Source: Savitreella phatthalungensis (taxonomy: Eukaryota). Taken from it: a DNA stretch of 64,000 nt. Positions 31,663 through 41,726 of this stretch are shown here, piece after piece (the first letter of the stretch is position 1; each line of letters starts with the position of its first letter). The position numbers and the translations under genes were made by a program. Where the stretch lies: the NCBI GenBank assembly GCA_051599415.1, contig AP039707.1, forward strand, positions 1 to 64,000. Direction: 5' to 3'. The notes beneath the pieces are model-generated. The model saw nothing but the letters and a program-made list of their open reading frames with translations, was not told the DNA's origin and made no database searches.

Positions 31663-32829
31663 CTATGCTTGAGTGCTCTCGACATGTGCGACAAGCTGGT
31701 TGACTTGATCGAGCGAGATGGCATTGTAAAGGGAAGCACGGAGACCGCCGACGGACCTATGCCCCTTCAGTTGGACCATGCCCTTGGCCTCTGCCTGCTG
31801 GACGAAGCGCTTGTCCGCCTCCTCGGACCCAAACGTGAAGACGACATTCATTCGGCTCCGACAACCTTCTGAAGGAATGACGCGTGCCTGTGGGTGAGCA
31901 GCAAGTGCTTTGTAGAGCGCATCCGACTTTGCCGCATTCTCTTTCTCGATCGCCTCGATACCTCCCTTTGCTAATAATTCCGAAAAGACGAGACCTGTGA
32001 CATGTAGGGTAAAAATCGGCAGGGTGTTGTAGAGCGAGTCGTTCTTGGCGATGGTGGCGTAGTCGAGCATGATGGGTGGAATTGGTGCTTGCGCAGCTCG
32101 GAGTGCATCTGCGTCTGCTCTCGTCTCGAGAATGTCGTTCCGGACGATGACGACCGTGATGCCTGCCAAGCCGACATTCTTCTGTGCGCCCGCGTAGATG
32201 ACTGCGTACTTTGCCACGTCGATTCGCCGCGAGCAGAAGTTGGAGGACATGTCGCAGACCAATGGAACCTCTGAATCGATACCGTGTGGTAGACCTGCAA
32301 ACTCGACGCCGTCAATTGTTTCGTTGTCGCAGTACCAGATGTACGCTGCCTGATCTTTGGGCGTGTAAGAGGCTTCGGTGAGCTGAGGAATGACGCCAAA
32401 TTTGCCATCATTCGCCTTTCTGCTGTCGGCGACGATATTAGTCTTGATACCTAGTCGCTTGGCCTCCTCGACGGCCTTCTTCGACCATGCGCCTGTTACG
32501 ATGTAGTCGCCAATCCGCTTCGATCCCTCGGCACCTTCTTTGGCGACCCAGTGAGCGACAAGGTTATACGCAGTTGCAGAGAATTGTGTCGTGCCTCCAC
32601 CCTGCATGAACAGGATCGAGTGGCTGTCAGGCACGCCGATCAGGTTGCGGAGGTCTTCTTTCACTTTCTGCAACCGATTCGCGCATGTGCTAGATCTGTG
32701 AGAGAGCTCTCCGATACCCATGCCTGTGTCTGCGTAGTTCAAAAGATCTTTTGCGGCCTGTCTCATGACAGACGAAGGCATTGCCGCTGGACCTGCACCG
32801 AAATTGACAATCTCATTGCGTTCCGGCAT
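31663..32829 (-). CDS. SER1: Phosphoserine aminotransferase
   Basis: NFGAGPA, ELSHRS, FMQGGGTTQF, DMSSNF, AGAQKN.G, KGHRSVGG.RASLYNA. Confidence 0.97.
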   Translation of the reverse strand: MPERNEIVNFGAGPAAMPSSVMRQAAKDLLNYADTGMGIGELSHRSSTCANRLQKVKEDLRNLIGVPDSHSILFMQGGGTTQFSATAYNLVAHWVAKEGAEGSKRIGDYIVTGAWSKKAVEEAKRLGIKTNIVADSRKANDGKFGVIPQLTEASYTPKDQAAYIWYCDNETIDGVEFAGLPHGIDSEVPLVCDMSSNFCSRRIDVAKYAVIYAGAQKNVGLAGITVVIVRNDILETRADADALRAAQAPIPPIMLDYATIAKNDSLYNTLPIFTLHVTGLVFSELLAKGGIEAIEKENAAKSDALYKALAAHPQARVIPSEGCRSRMNVVFTFGSEEADKRFVQQAEAKGMVQLKGHRSVGGLRASLYNAISLDQVNQLVAHVESTQA

Positions 32830-33388
32830 GACGTCTACTTGAGGATCAATGTGGCTTTCCTGATGGAAAAGAGCTTGACGGTCGGCTCAATCGTTTTGTA
32901 CCGATAAGAGCTTTGGAGTCTGTTACAACGCTGCGGGCTGACAGGAAGCTTGGAGCTCGATGAGGTTGTGGAGCAGTTCTGAAGACCGGCTTGTGTCTAT
33001 GGTTGTGGGCGTCAAAGTAACATTTTTCTACACATGAGGAAAAGGTAACGAGAAGATTGCATGCATGATGAATGACCCACAATTGATTTCTATTATGATT
33101 TAAATTTAATCACGCGCACGCCCTGCAACTGTGAATTAGACTACAGAGATACACAGCTGCATCGATGCATTCATTCAATTTGGTGTGCATGATAAGTTCA
33201 AGTGTGATGTTTGTATGCTCATATCTGCCAGTCCGATCGATTTCTTGGAAGCAGGAGTCCGTTGGATGCATGAGGAGAAAAGCACAGTGTCAGAGAGAGT
33301 TTAGATAAAATCTTGGACAGATGCATCTATTTATTCGCATGTGTGAATCCTCATCAGGCTTTACAGATCGAATCCTGGTTTCATATGG

Positions 33389-33452
33389 GCTTGAGCTTGA
33401 ACTTGAGCTTGAGCTTGAGCTTTAGCTTGAGCTTGAACTTAATTCAGCTTGA
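33389..33452. repeat. (TTGAGC)n hexamer microsatellite
   Basis: Tandem ttgagc units with minor variants. Confidence 0.85.
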
Positions 33453-33537
33453 GTTTCCTGCTAATTCTGTGAGCCGGAATTCATACGCCAATTCATTGCG
33501 TGCGTGCATATGCATGTATGTCGATCGAATGAATGAA

Positions 33538-33548
33538 TGTTTGTTTAC
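33538..33548 (-). promoter_or_regulatory. FLEX-like forkhead site GTAAACAAACA
   Basis: TGTTTGTTTAC on the + strand, about 215 bp upstream of the F-box gene. Confidence 0.45.
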
Positions 33549-33763
33549 AGAAAGATCCAACGTTCATCGTGCATTGGGTCAGTGCATGGCAACCGCAAGT
33601 CTTTATCCTCCACAGCTCTTCCCCGCGAATTTCTCCGGACGGCATGATCTTCATTTCGTCACCAATTCACTCAACTGTCGGATGCACAAGTGCTTGAGAA
33701 TCACTGACTCTGGAGAACAACCTACTATAGTTCACTCTGCAAGTCGAGGACTGAACTCCGTCT

Positions 33764-34648
33764 ATGACTCTTGAAGATCTGCTCTTGATACCGACAATCT
33801 CTCGTACGCTCCTTCGCTCTCTGCCCCATGCTGACCGTCTAGCCGTGTGTAGTCTCACCCGCGCCATCAATCACGAACTCTACACGGCTGCATCAACCTG
33901 GCAGACTCTCGACATCTCCGCAGGTAGCTTCACCAGTGCGCTTCCAACGCTCAAGAGAATAGGATGGTGCCTCCGAGGCGTATGTATCGACTGCGCACAA
34001 TTCACGTTCGAGCAGTTGGACCAACTGATCGTCCTTTGTCCCAAACTCCGATACCTCGGCGCGGCTGGTTTGACATGCTATGATGACCGTGATGCATCCG
34101 ATCGGTTGCTCAAATTCGCGCGCGGGCTTCGTTGCGCTCTGCCTGAGCTCAGGCGAGTAGATCTGCTGGGCGCGCCGTTACTTCGTACGCTTGGCGACAA
34201 CGAGCTCGCCGTTATCTTGGTGAAACAGGTGCTGGCGCCGCAGGGCATCGCTACTGATCTGGAACCTTGTCCACGCGAGCACGCCTTCGAAGACAAATCC
34301 CGCAAGTGGCATCTTTGCACGCGCGGCACCAGCACATGTGCTCGATGTGGTCGAATAGAGAGATCCTGCTTTCGTTGCTCATCCGCACGCACCTGCAGGG
34401 GATGCATCAAGTACTGGTGCCACGAATGTGATCACACCATCACTCGCTCTTGTTACGAGTGTGGCTTCTCTTGTGCGACTTGTAAAGGTGGTATCATTCT
34501 CACCTGTCGCGAGTGCACGTCGAACTTCTGTCGCCTTCATTCCTCCGGTGGGAGGGTCATCGAGGGTGGTCAAGATCCAGCCGACGCTTCGGATGCACAG
34601 CTGTGCGACTGGTGCATACAGGATAGGTGTCAAGGATGGGGAGCATGA
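33764..34648 (+). CDS. F-box/LRR-like protein with a Cys-rich C-terminus
   Basis: N-terminal F-box-like segment ending in WQTLDIS, LRR-like CPKLRYL and LPELRRVDL, and many CxxC pairs. Confidence 0.75.
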   Translation: MTLEDLLLIPTISRTLLRSLPHADRLAVCSLTRAINHELYTAASTWQTLDISAGSFTSALPTLKRIGWCLRGVCIDCAQFTFEQLDQLIVLCPKLRYLGAAGLTCYDDRDASDRLLKFARGLRCALPELRRVDLLGAPLLRTLGDNELAVILVKQVLAPQGIATDLEPCPREHAFEDKSRKWHLCTRGTSTCARCGRIERSCFRCSSARTCRGCIKYWCHECDHTITRSCYECGFSCATCKGGIILTCRECTSNFCRLHSSGGRVIEGGQDPADASDAQLCDWCIQDRCQGWGA

Positions 34649-35154
34649 GTCGATTCAGAAGTGCTCACACATTTTCACAGGTATGTCGACAAGATTCCGC
34701 GAGCGGTACCGTTGCTCGTGAACCCGATCGTCTGCATTCTGACAATTTCTCCAGGTGGAGGCGTGCGTCGTATGCGAGCAGCCATGTACGTCGAGGAATA
34801 GTCCACAACAATCTTCTCGCCCACTTATATCGAACATTCGATCCTTCTCCTTTCTCAAATTCTGTTCCGCTTGCCTGCGTGACTCAAACGCATCTCATGG
34901 ATGTGGCGCAGAACAGCTCAAAGATTCGCCACGATGCACGCTTGGGCGCAGGCCAGAAGCTTTTCGCAAGCAAGACGTCGATGTCTGCTCCAAGTTGCAT
35001 AATGCGAGAGATGCGTCGTCAGCCTCGTGCGGGGTTGCGACTTTTGCATCATGCGTATGCAGACTTCTCGCACGCCCTCTCGCCTCTTCCTCCCTCCATC
35101 AAATCGTATAAGAGACGCGCCGCTACGCGGCGTGAAGTCTGGTCGTCCGCGGTA

Positions 35155-36234
35155 ATGTTTGCATACATGCTCGCAGAGCGATCTTGCCAGCTTGAGCTGA
35201 TGACGGCGTATGACATGACGTACGGTGCAGTTGCCCAGGGCGCGCATCTGATGGTGAAGTGTACGCCAGGCCCGGAATCGAACTATGGGTATCATATCAA
35301 CCTCGAAAACTACGCGATCCAGGAGATGGGTCGTGGTCACCATCCACTATACGTCAGAGAGCCAGGAGACGAGGACGTCAAGATTATCAGATACGTCGGC
35401 TGCCTCGAGGTTGGGTATCGCCTTTTCTCCGTTTCTGGCACCTGGACGGACACTGTTGGAGGCGGACGACCGCAGTGTCCGCGTGAGGAGTATTGGCTGC
35501 GGAGCACGCAGGCGCGATCGGTTACGGCCGAACGATCTGGGTCTACCGTGGTCGTGAGGAATAAGGCAAATCAAAGCTGGGCTCATGATGCTCGTGCTAT
35601 CGATCCAGTCACCGGGAAAGACGCAGCTGGCCTCATGTCGGAGCCGCAAGTCATCGCGCGCGTAGCTGTACAGTTCGAGCCGCACACTGCTATCAAGGTG
35701 GTCGCGACAGGCGAGACAAGCGACGTGGGCGTGATGCTGTGGATGCGATTCGGTGTTCCGCCTACAGTTCTGCATCCTGAGGCAGCTCTCCGCGTTCGCA
35801 ACAATTTGAAACTGAACATGATGCTCCGTGCCAAGGTCCTCTTGCTGTCAGCTCCGCCTCCGTATGAGCCGGTCGAGTCGGAAGGACCCCGAGTCGACGA
35901 TGTTGTCGTCTTCCAGCGGGACGCTCTGCTGTGTGCTGCCATGCATGTTCTTGCTCATCCGGCCATAGAGCCATTTTGGCAGCTCTACCGGAACGAGGCA
36001 GAAATTGCCTGGAGCAACAGGGGTTGCTCAAGCCTGCCATATCTGTACGCTGCTGGGATCCACTCCGGGCGCCTATTCGGACCTGCGCGAGACCCCTTCG
36101 CGGACTCTGCATTTCACAAGGAGGTCAGCTCGGCCCGGGCAACGTATGATGAGCCAAGCAGCGGACCAGCAGATTCGCTGATGCAGGGCCATCTCGAGGC
36201 ACTAGCAGAGAGAGCACGTAGTCGACGCCCGTAA
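35155..36234 (+). CDS. Orphan protein with a PPPY motif
   Basis: Long ORF, open from 34627. A TATAAG about 45 bp upstream favours the ATG at 35155. No family recognised. Confidence 0.6.
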   Translation: MFAYMLAERSCQLELMTAYDMTYGAVAQGAHLMVKCTPGPESNYGYHINLENYAIQEMGRGHHPLYVREPGDEDVKIIRYVGCLEVGYRLFSVSGTWTDTVGGGRPQCPREEYWLRSTQARSVTAERSGSTVVVRNKANQSWAHDARAIDPVTGKDAAGLMSEPQVIARVAVQFEPHTAIKVVATGETSDVGVMLWMRFGVPPTVLHPEAALRVRNNLKLNMMLRAKVLLLSAPPPYEPVESEGPRVDDVVVFQRDALLCAAMHVLAHPAIEPFWQLYRNEAEIAWSNRGCSSLPYLYAAGIHSGRLFGPARDPFADSAFHKEVSSARATYDEPSSGPADSLMQGHLEALAERARSRRP

Positions 36235-36550
36235 TCGATGTTCACGGAGAGCAGATCTAAGGAAATTACGGTCGGCGAGCTTGCTGAGGTGTGATGCGAA
36301 GCTCGCCGAGCGTGAGTAGTCAGCTCCATCAACAAACGACAGGCGACGCTCTATCCCGTGATCACGATTCTGAAACACGGCGGGACGAGTGGCACGCCGC
36401 TTGTCGAGTGGTGCGAAGTCGCCGCAGCACTAGCGCGTATAGGCGTAGACACGATCGATTGACATGTCAACAAGCAAGACCCAAGTAACACGGCCACGAT
36501 TGTCAAGAAAGTTGTAATCGACTCAGGCCATTCGATTGAACGAAAGTAAG

Positions 36551-37414
36551 CTACCGCCATGCTGCCTGCCGTTTGCGTGCCGGTGCCGGCAGCAGGGTCC
36601 ATCCGATGTCCCGCTCTTTGAGCGAGACTCGTCCGAGCCCGAGCCCGAACCAGGACGAGCTTTTCGCGATCTGTGCCTCAAGGCTGCGCTTCGCCGAATC
36701 GTGGAATTCAAGCTCGTTTAACGTTATGCGTTGAGACTGCGAGCCAGCACTAGCACCTGGGAGTCTTGGCGGTAGTGGGGTGAGGGCGGTCGACCCGCGG
36801 AGCAAGAATGTGTTCAGCAACGGCACAATCCAGCTCGGATCGGCCCTTGGAGCGATTTCAAAGGACACCGAAGTTGTACGACCGGCGTGGACGTTGCCCA
36901 CTCGTATTGATACTGCCGCGTATGTAATTTTGTTGTCGTGGTCCAGATAACATTCCCACTGCAGGGTGGCTGTTGCCAGCTTGCTGACCGTTTGTGTAAG
37001 GTTTTTCGAGCGATCGTGCTCAAGCTCAGCCTTGATCGGCATGCTCGGGGAACCGTTGATGCCGGCTGTGGCTGACGTCGATTGAGTTGAATCGACTGTC
37101 ATCGACTGCTTTTGCCTCGAGCCAGGCGTGTTGGCCTGCTCGAGACCTTTGAGTATTTGATGATCGCCGTGGCGGCGTTTCCGTCCCATGAAGAGGTCGA
37201 TTCTTACGACCTCTTTCGTGCTGGGAGTCGCTGCCTGCGGCACTTCCACCAGCAGAGTTTTTGTCGTGGCGTCCCACGACAAAGTCGTCGCCGCATTGGC
37301 CCAAGCGCTCTTCGAGTTCATTGTGAGCACTGACGTCGCCAGATAAGCTGGACTGACTCGGTTCAGCACGTTTGCTGTGACGGGGAAAGCTTGGCCATGA
37401 CTCCTCTTGGTCAT
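36551..37414 (-). CDS. Orphan protein B (287 aa, predicted beta-rich)
   Basis: Intact ORF with TATATAAG at 37565-37558. A paralogous N-terminus is preserved at 39619-39454. Confidence 0.75.
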   Translation of the reverse strand: MTKRSHGQAFPVTANVLNRVSPAYLATSVLTMNSKSAWANAATTLSWDATTKTLLVEVPQAATPSTKEVVRIDLFMGRKRRHGDHQILKGLEQANTPGSRQKQSMTVDSTQSTSATAGINGSPSMPIKAELEHDRSKNLTQTVSKLATATLQWECYLDHDNKITYAAVSIRVGNVHAGRTTSVSFEIAPRADPSWIVPLLNTFLLRGSTALTPLPPRLPGASAGSQSQRITLNELEFHDSAKRSLEAQIAKSSSWFGLGLGRVSLKERDIGWTLLPAPARKRQAAWR

Positions 37415-39079
37415 GGCGACCTGAGAATGTTATAAAGAAAGTGGCTCAATGAATGCTTTGGAAATAAGGATGCGTGGGCAAAGCCGTCAGAGAGAGAGCG
37501 AGAGAGAGTGTATGTGTGTGTGTGTGTGAGTGTGACTGAGATACGCTGACACCTGGTCTTATATAGACGTGTAGACCCCGTGCTGGCCACGATTGGACTG
37601 CTACTCGAGTGCTACTCGACTCCCACTCGATTCCAACTCGACTGTGGAACACTGGGATTAGTGGTTGATTGAACCTGGTAATTGACTAATATGAATCTGG
37701 TAATTGATTAGATTCAGAGTTTTGAGTTTTTGCTGGTAAGCTATGCTTCAGCAGCAGGCGATCACTTCGGTCTCAGCTGTGCTGCACGAAGAAGCACATC
37801 GTGGAGATTGTTTAAGCACTTGAAAGCACAAAGTGATTCCTGGACTTGTAACCTGGACAGCTTCTGGTTGGATTTGACTGGTAAAGATCTGCGGTGGCGC
37901 TTGCATTTCCAGAATTCCAACGCGGAGCAAAACCGAGTCAATCGAGGATGTGTGATACGAATGAGAGAAGATTCCAAAATTTTTATACGGGTGGCCATTA
38001 CAGTCTGGTCTCCCTCAGCTTACTTTTTCCAGTCTCGGCTATTCTTTTTCTTCATGATCTCGTACAGCTATACACAATCCGCCTAAATATAGTAACGGCT
38101 TCCAATTGGTTTATGATCCCGCGGATCCACTAAACAGGGAACACAACTCCCGTTATCAGGCAACATCGTTTGATCCTGGCTACATACGGCAGAGCACTGT
38201 AAATTAAATTCATTGGCGACCTCTGGAATGCTTCAGATATATTCATCTGCTTTCTGCCGGATTTTCCAGGAGTATTAATTGCTTCACGCGTCTCAGCACA
38301 ATAGCCTGAATTGATACATTAACGTCTAGCTGGGTGAGTCCGCAGAGATCGAGCAGGTCAAACCCAAAATGATATCATCCATTGGCGTCCATGAACTCTG
38401 GAAAATATGTAGCTGATATGCCAGGCATTTCAACGATACACCTCACACAGATCTAGAGCACGTTGAAGATACAGGGAAGCATGAGTAGCGTGACAGAATA
38501 CACTCTAGCCTGTCAAAGACAGTGCATAGTCTCGAGGTCATAACAGAATGTATGCATGGTGAAGCTCTCAGTACTACTGGACTGCAGCTGCGCAGGCACT
38601 GAATGTAGCCATACTGCCTCGATCGTTCTATGGCATGTCGTGTAGTGCCTGACTTCGTTCGCCTGCGATCACATGCTATCAGTCAGTCGCGAGCTGAAAT
38701 TGACCTTCTCACCTATCCTGATAATCTCAATGCATAACAGTCCACACTGCATCAAATCGGCAATCTCCTCAGAGTCAATTACTCTGACTGGAATCACTGC
38801 ACGTGTGTCAGATGAGTCTCACACCGATCTACACGTCCCATACATGTACGTGCGTATATGGATTGATTCAATATACTCATACGTACTGCCAGCCGCTCAC
38901 ATACTGCACGTGACTTCCCAGCTGGTCACATTCTCAGGATAGCCCTGACGAAGCAGCTGCCTCATGAGCCAGCAGACGGGGCACACCTTTTAACATTCTT
39001 CATTCTCGAGTTGCCGCATGACAACGAGCACGACGCGCAGTATAGCAAGAGCACAATGACTAGCCCGGCGATCAGTTAA

Positions 39080-39709
39080 CTCTCTCTCTCTTCCGACTCT
39101 GCTCACGCATCCTTATTCTCAAGGCATTCATTGAGCTCCACTTTCTTCATTCTCAGAAACATCATGACCACAAGAAGCCACGCCAAAGCGTTCCCTCCGG
39201 TGCCGAACGTGCTGACGAGGTCAGGACTGATGTTGATGTTGCTAAGTTCACACACACACATTCTCTCTCTATCTCTCTTCCGACTCTGCCACGCATCTTT
39301 ATTCAAGGCATTCATTGAGCTCGAACTTTCTTCATTCCGTTCTCAGGTCATCATGACCAAAAGGACTCACGACCAGACTTTCCTCCACACCAAACGTGCT
39401 GACGAAGGTCTATCCAGCCGACTTAGCTACGTCGGTCCTTACAATGTGCTCGACAAGCAGCGTGCCTGTCGTTGGATCCCAGTAGAGAGTGCTGGAATCG
39501 TGGTGGAACGCGCTCATCGAGCGCATTGTAAGTACTGTTGTCGCCAGATTGGCTGGACTGACCCTCGTCAGCACGTTTGGTGCGACGGAGAAAGCTTGGC
39601 AGTGAGTCCTTTTGGTCATGATGACCTGAGAACGGAATGAAGAAAATTCGAGCTCAACGATGCCTTGAATAAAGATGCGTGGCAGAGTCGGAAGAGAGAT
39701 AGAGAGAGA

Positions 39710-39781
<72 letters not shown>

Positions 39782-40080
39782 CTAGGATACGCTGACGTCT
39801 GGTCTTATGTAGACGTGTAGACGCCGTAATCGACACTTCTCGACTCCAACACGACCGTAGTCATGTGATCTGGTGACTGAGCCACTGTGCTCGTAAGTCA
39901 TGCTGCTGCGGCAGGTGATCAGTGCAAGTCGTGCAGGCATGATCAAATGGAGAACTGTGAAAGCACTGGCGGCATAATTGAAGCGACGGCTAATGTCCTC
40001 GAGCTGTAACAAGCCCAGGTCGTCTGACTTGGAATCAAGAGTTGATCCTGATTAATAGAGATCTGCAGTAGTGGCGGCAG
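39080..40080 (-). ncRNA. Candidate long hairpin RNA locus 3: truncated duplicate of orphan gene B with fold-back
   Basis: ~39620-40080 resembles the gene B upstream region (~37415-37900). Inverted arms at 39249-39453 and 39517-39722 with a 63-nt loop. A second antisense copy lies at ~39080-39222. Confidence 0.6.
39711..39780. repeat. (TG)35 microsatellite
   Basis: Pure dinucleotide run; the gene B leader has a shorter homologous tract at ~37508-37534. Confidence 0.95.
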
Positions 40081-41440
40081 TTTGGAAGTGGATCGTGGCT
40101 CTCGATAAGTTCGCCTGGATGATGACCTCGTATTGCAACGTGGTCAAGCTTGAAACCGAGTATGGACTCTGACGTCAAGGTGGAAATCAAATCAAATCAA
40201 AAGGATCAGCCCTCAACGGCGCAAGCAGATGAGCCATACACTCGCTACTGGTCAAACGGAAGAGTATTCAGCGATGGCAAAGCATGTGTGCGTGAGAAGG
40301 CTGCAGTGGCTGTGTGCATGACTGATACACAATGGAATTCCCAGAAGAGGACCAAGCACATACGCGCTAGGCTCAGTCGTAGGTCGACCTGGTTTCTACC
40401 ACAATACAAATCTATGCCTACGTGTTGATCTGCTCGTGCGAATGCACCCGCATCTATTGCTATACACCTATTAGGGCGCGGCGGAGATGTATGGCGCTTG
40501 TTGAGTGAAGTGTTGTAACGACCCTGCATGAAGCGTGACCTTTGTATGAACGTGAGAGGGATAAATGCGCGGGATGATCATAGGTGACAATCCCGAGCAG
40601 CTATAGATGGACAGTAGAGAAGTCAAGCTTATCGTGTATCCATTTGGGCGAATCAGAAGGACAAGTAGCTTGATCATTACTTCAGCTTTGACGTCACTGC
40701 TCATTGAATTGCGTCGAGCGCGAGATCAGGTGGGGAAGGACAGATTCACCTTAGATCGTCCTATGAATCGAAGTCCAGGCTTGATTGTCGGGCAGAGGGC
40801 ACTGAATCGTGACGCTGCACCGCATAGCACTGGGCAGATCGTTATGCAACCCAGGAGGCCATTCGTCTGCGACGTGTGTCGAGATGCAAACACCCGAGCA
40901 TAGACAACGCCGACGCCGTGCGTCACGATGACATAAGGACCATCGATCTCGGCTTCAATCGGAGCTTCACTTAGGGCGTCAGTGACCGCACCGGCTGACT
41001 GTGGACTTGTTCTCTTCACTCAGTCACATGCAGATCCACGATCATCTTGCAATTGTTCGACGTGTAGCTCATCTTGACGCTGGTGAAGATGAGAAGCTTT
41101 GAATTTTCCATCAAGATAGTGCATACTTGATTCTAATATCGATAATAAACTGTATGTGGCAATCAGTTAAATTTCAATGAGGTCGGTCTTGCGGGGTCAC
41201 GTGCCGAAAATTCCGGCTTGAGATTGACCACAGTCAACAATTCGAATTTTGATCAAAACTCCAAATGCATGTTCGCTAGATTTGTTGGATGCAGCGATCC
41301 ATAAATATTGATGATCGAGGCCGCACTTGGTGGTATTGAAACAATTGGCCATTGAAAGCGACACGTACGTCAAAAGTGATATAGAGCTAAGCTAGCTAGG
41401 TGCAAAGGGAAACAAGGAGAGTGAGAATTCGGACAGCAGT

Positions 41441-41494
41441 AAGCAAAAAGCAAAAAGCAAAGAACAGAAAGCAGAAAGCAGAAAGCAGAAAGCA
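41441..41494. repeat. Heptamer repeat (GCAAAAA/GCAGAAA)n upstream of PMR1
   Basis: Tandem 7-mers. Confidence 0.8.
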
Positions 41495-41726
41495 GGTCAA
41501 CGTCCATTTACCCATCGAATACACGTGATCCATTCGCGTGTACAGCGTACGCATATGCAGTACGTACATACTGATATATTTTATCCCATATATTGAACTC
41601 ATACACATCACACCAGTTGAAACGCGTATAGGCTTAAAAAGCCGACGGCGAGACTACAAAGGGACCATCCCCTTTCGACCTCCTCTGTGCTGAGAAGTTT
41701 GAAAGTTCTCTGAGTTCCTGCTCGTC

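Noticed and set aside
39249..39722. Hairpins as MITE or foldback transposons
   Set aside because: The arms derive from neighbouring gene sequence, the three loci share no terminal sequence, and I saw no target-site duplication.
40150..40700. Possible RNase H relic (VFSDGKAC...AAVAV...WNS; MDSREV)
   Set aside because: The motifs are weak and interrupted by stops and frame changes, and I saw no RT, integrase or LTRs.
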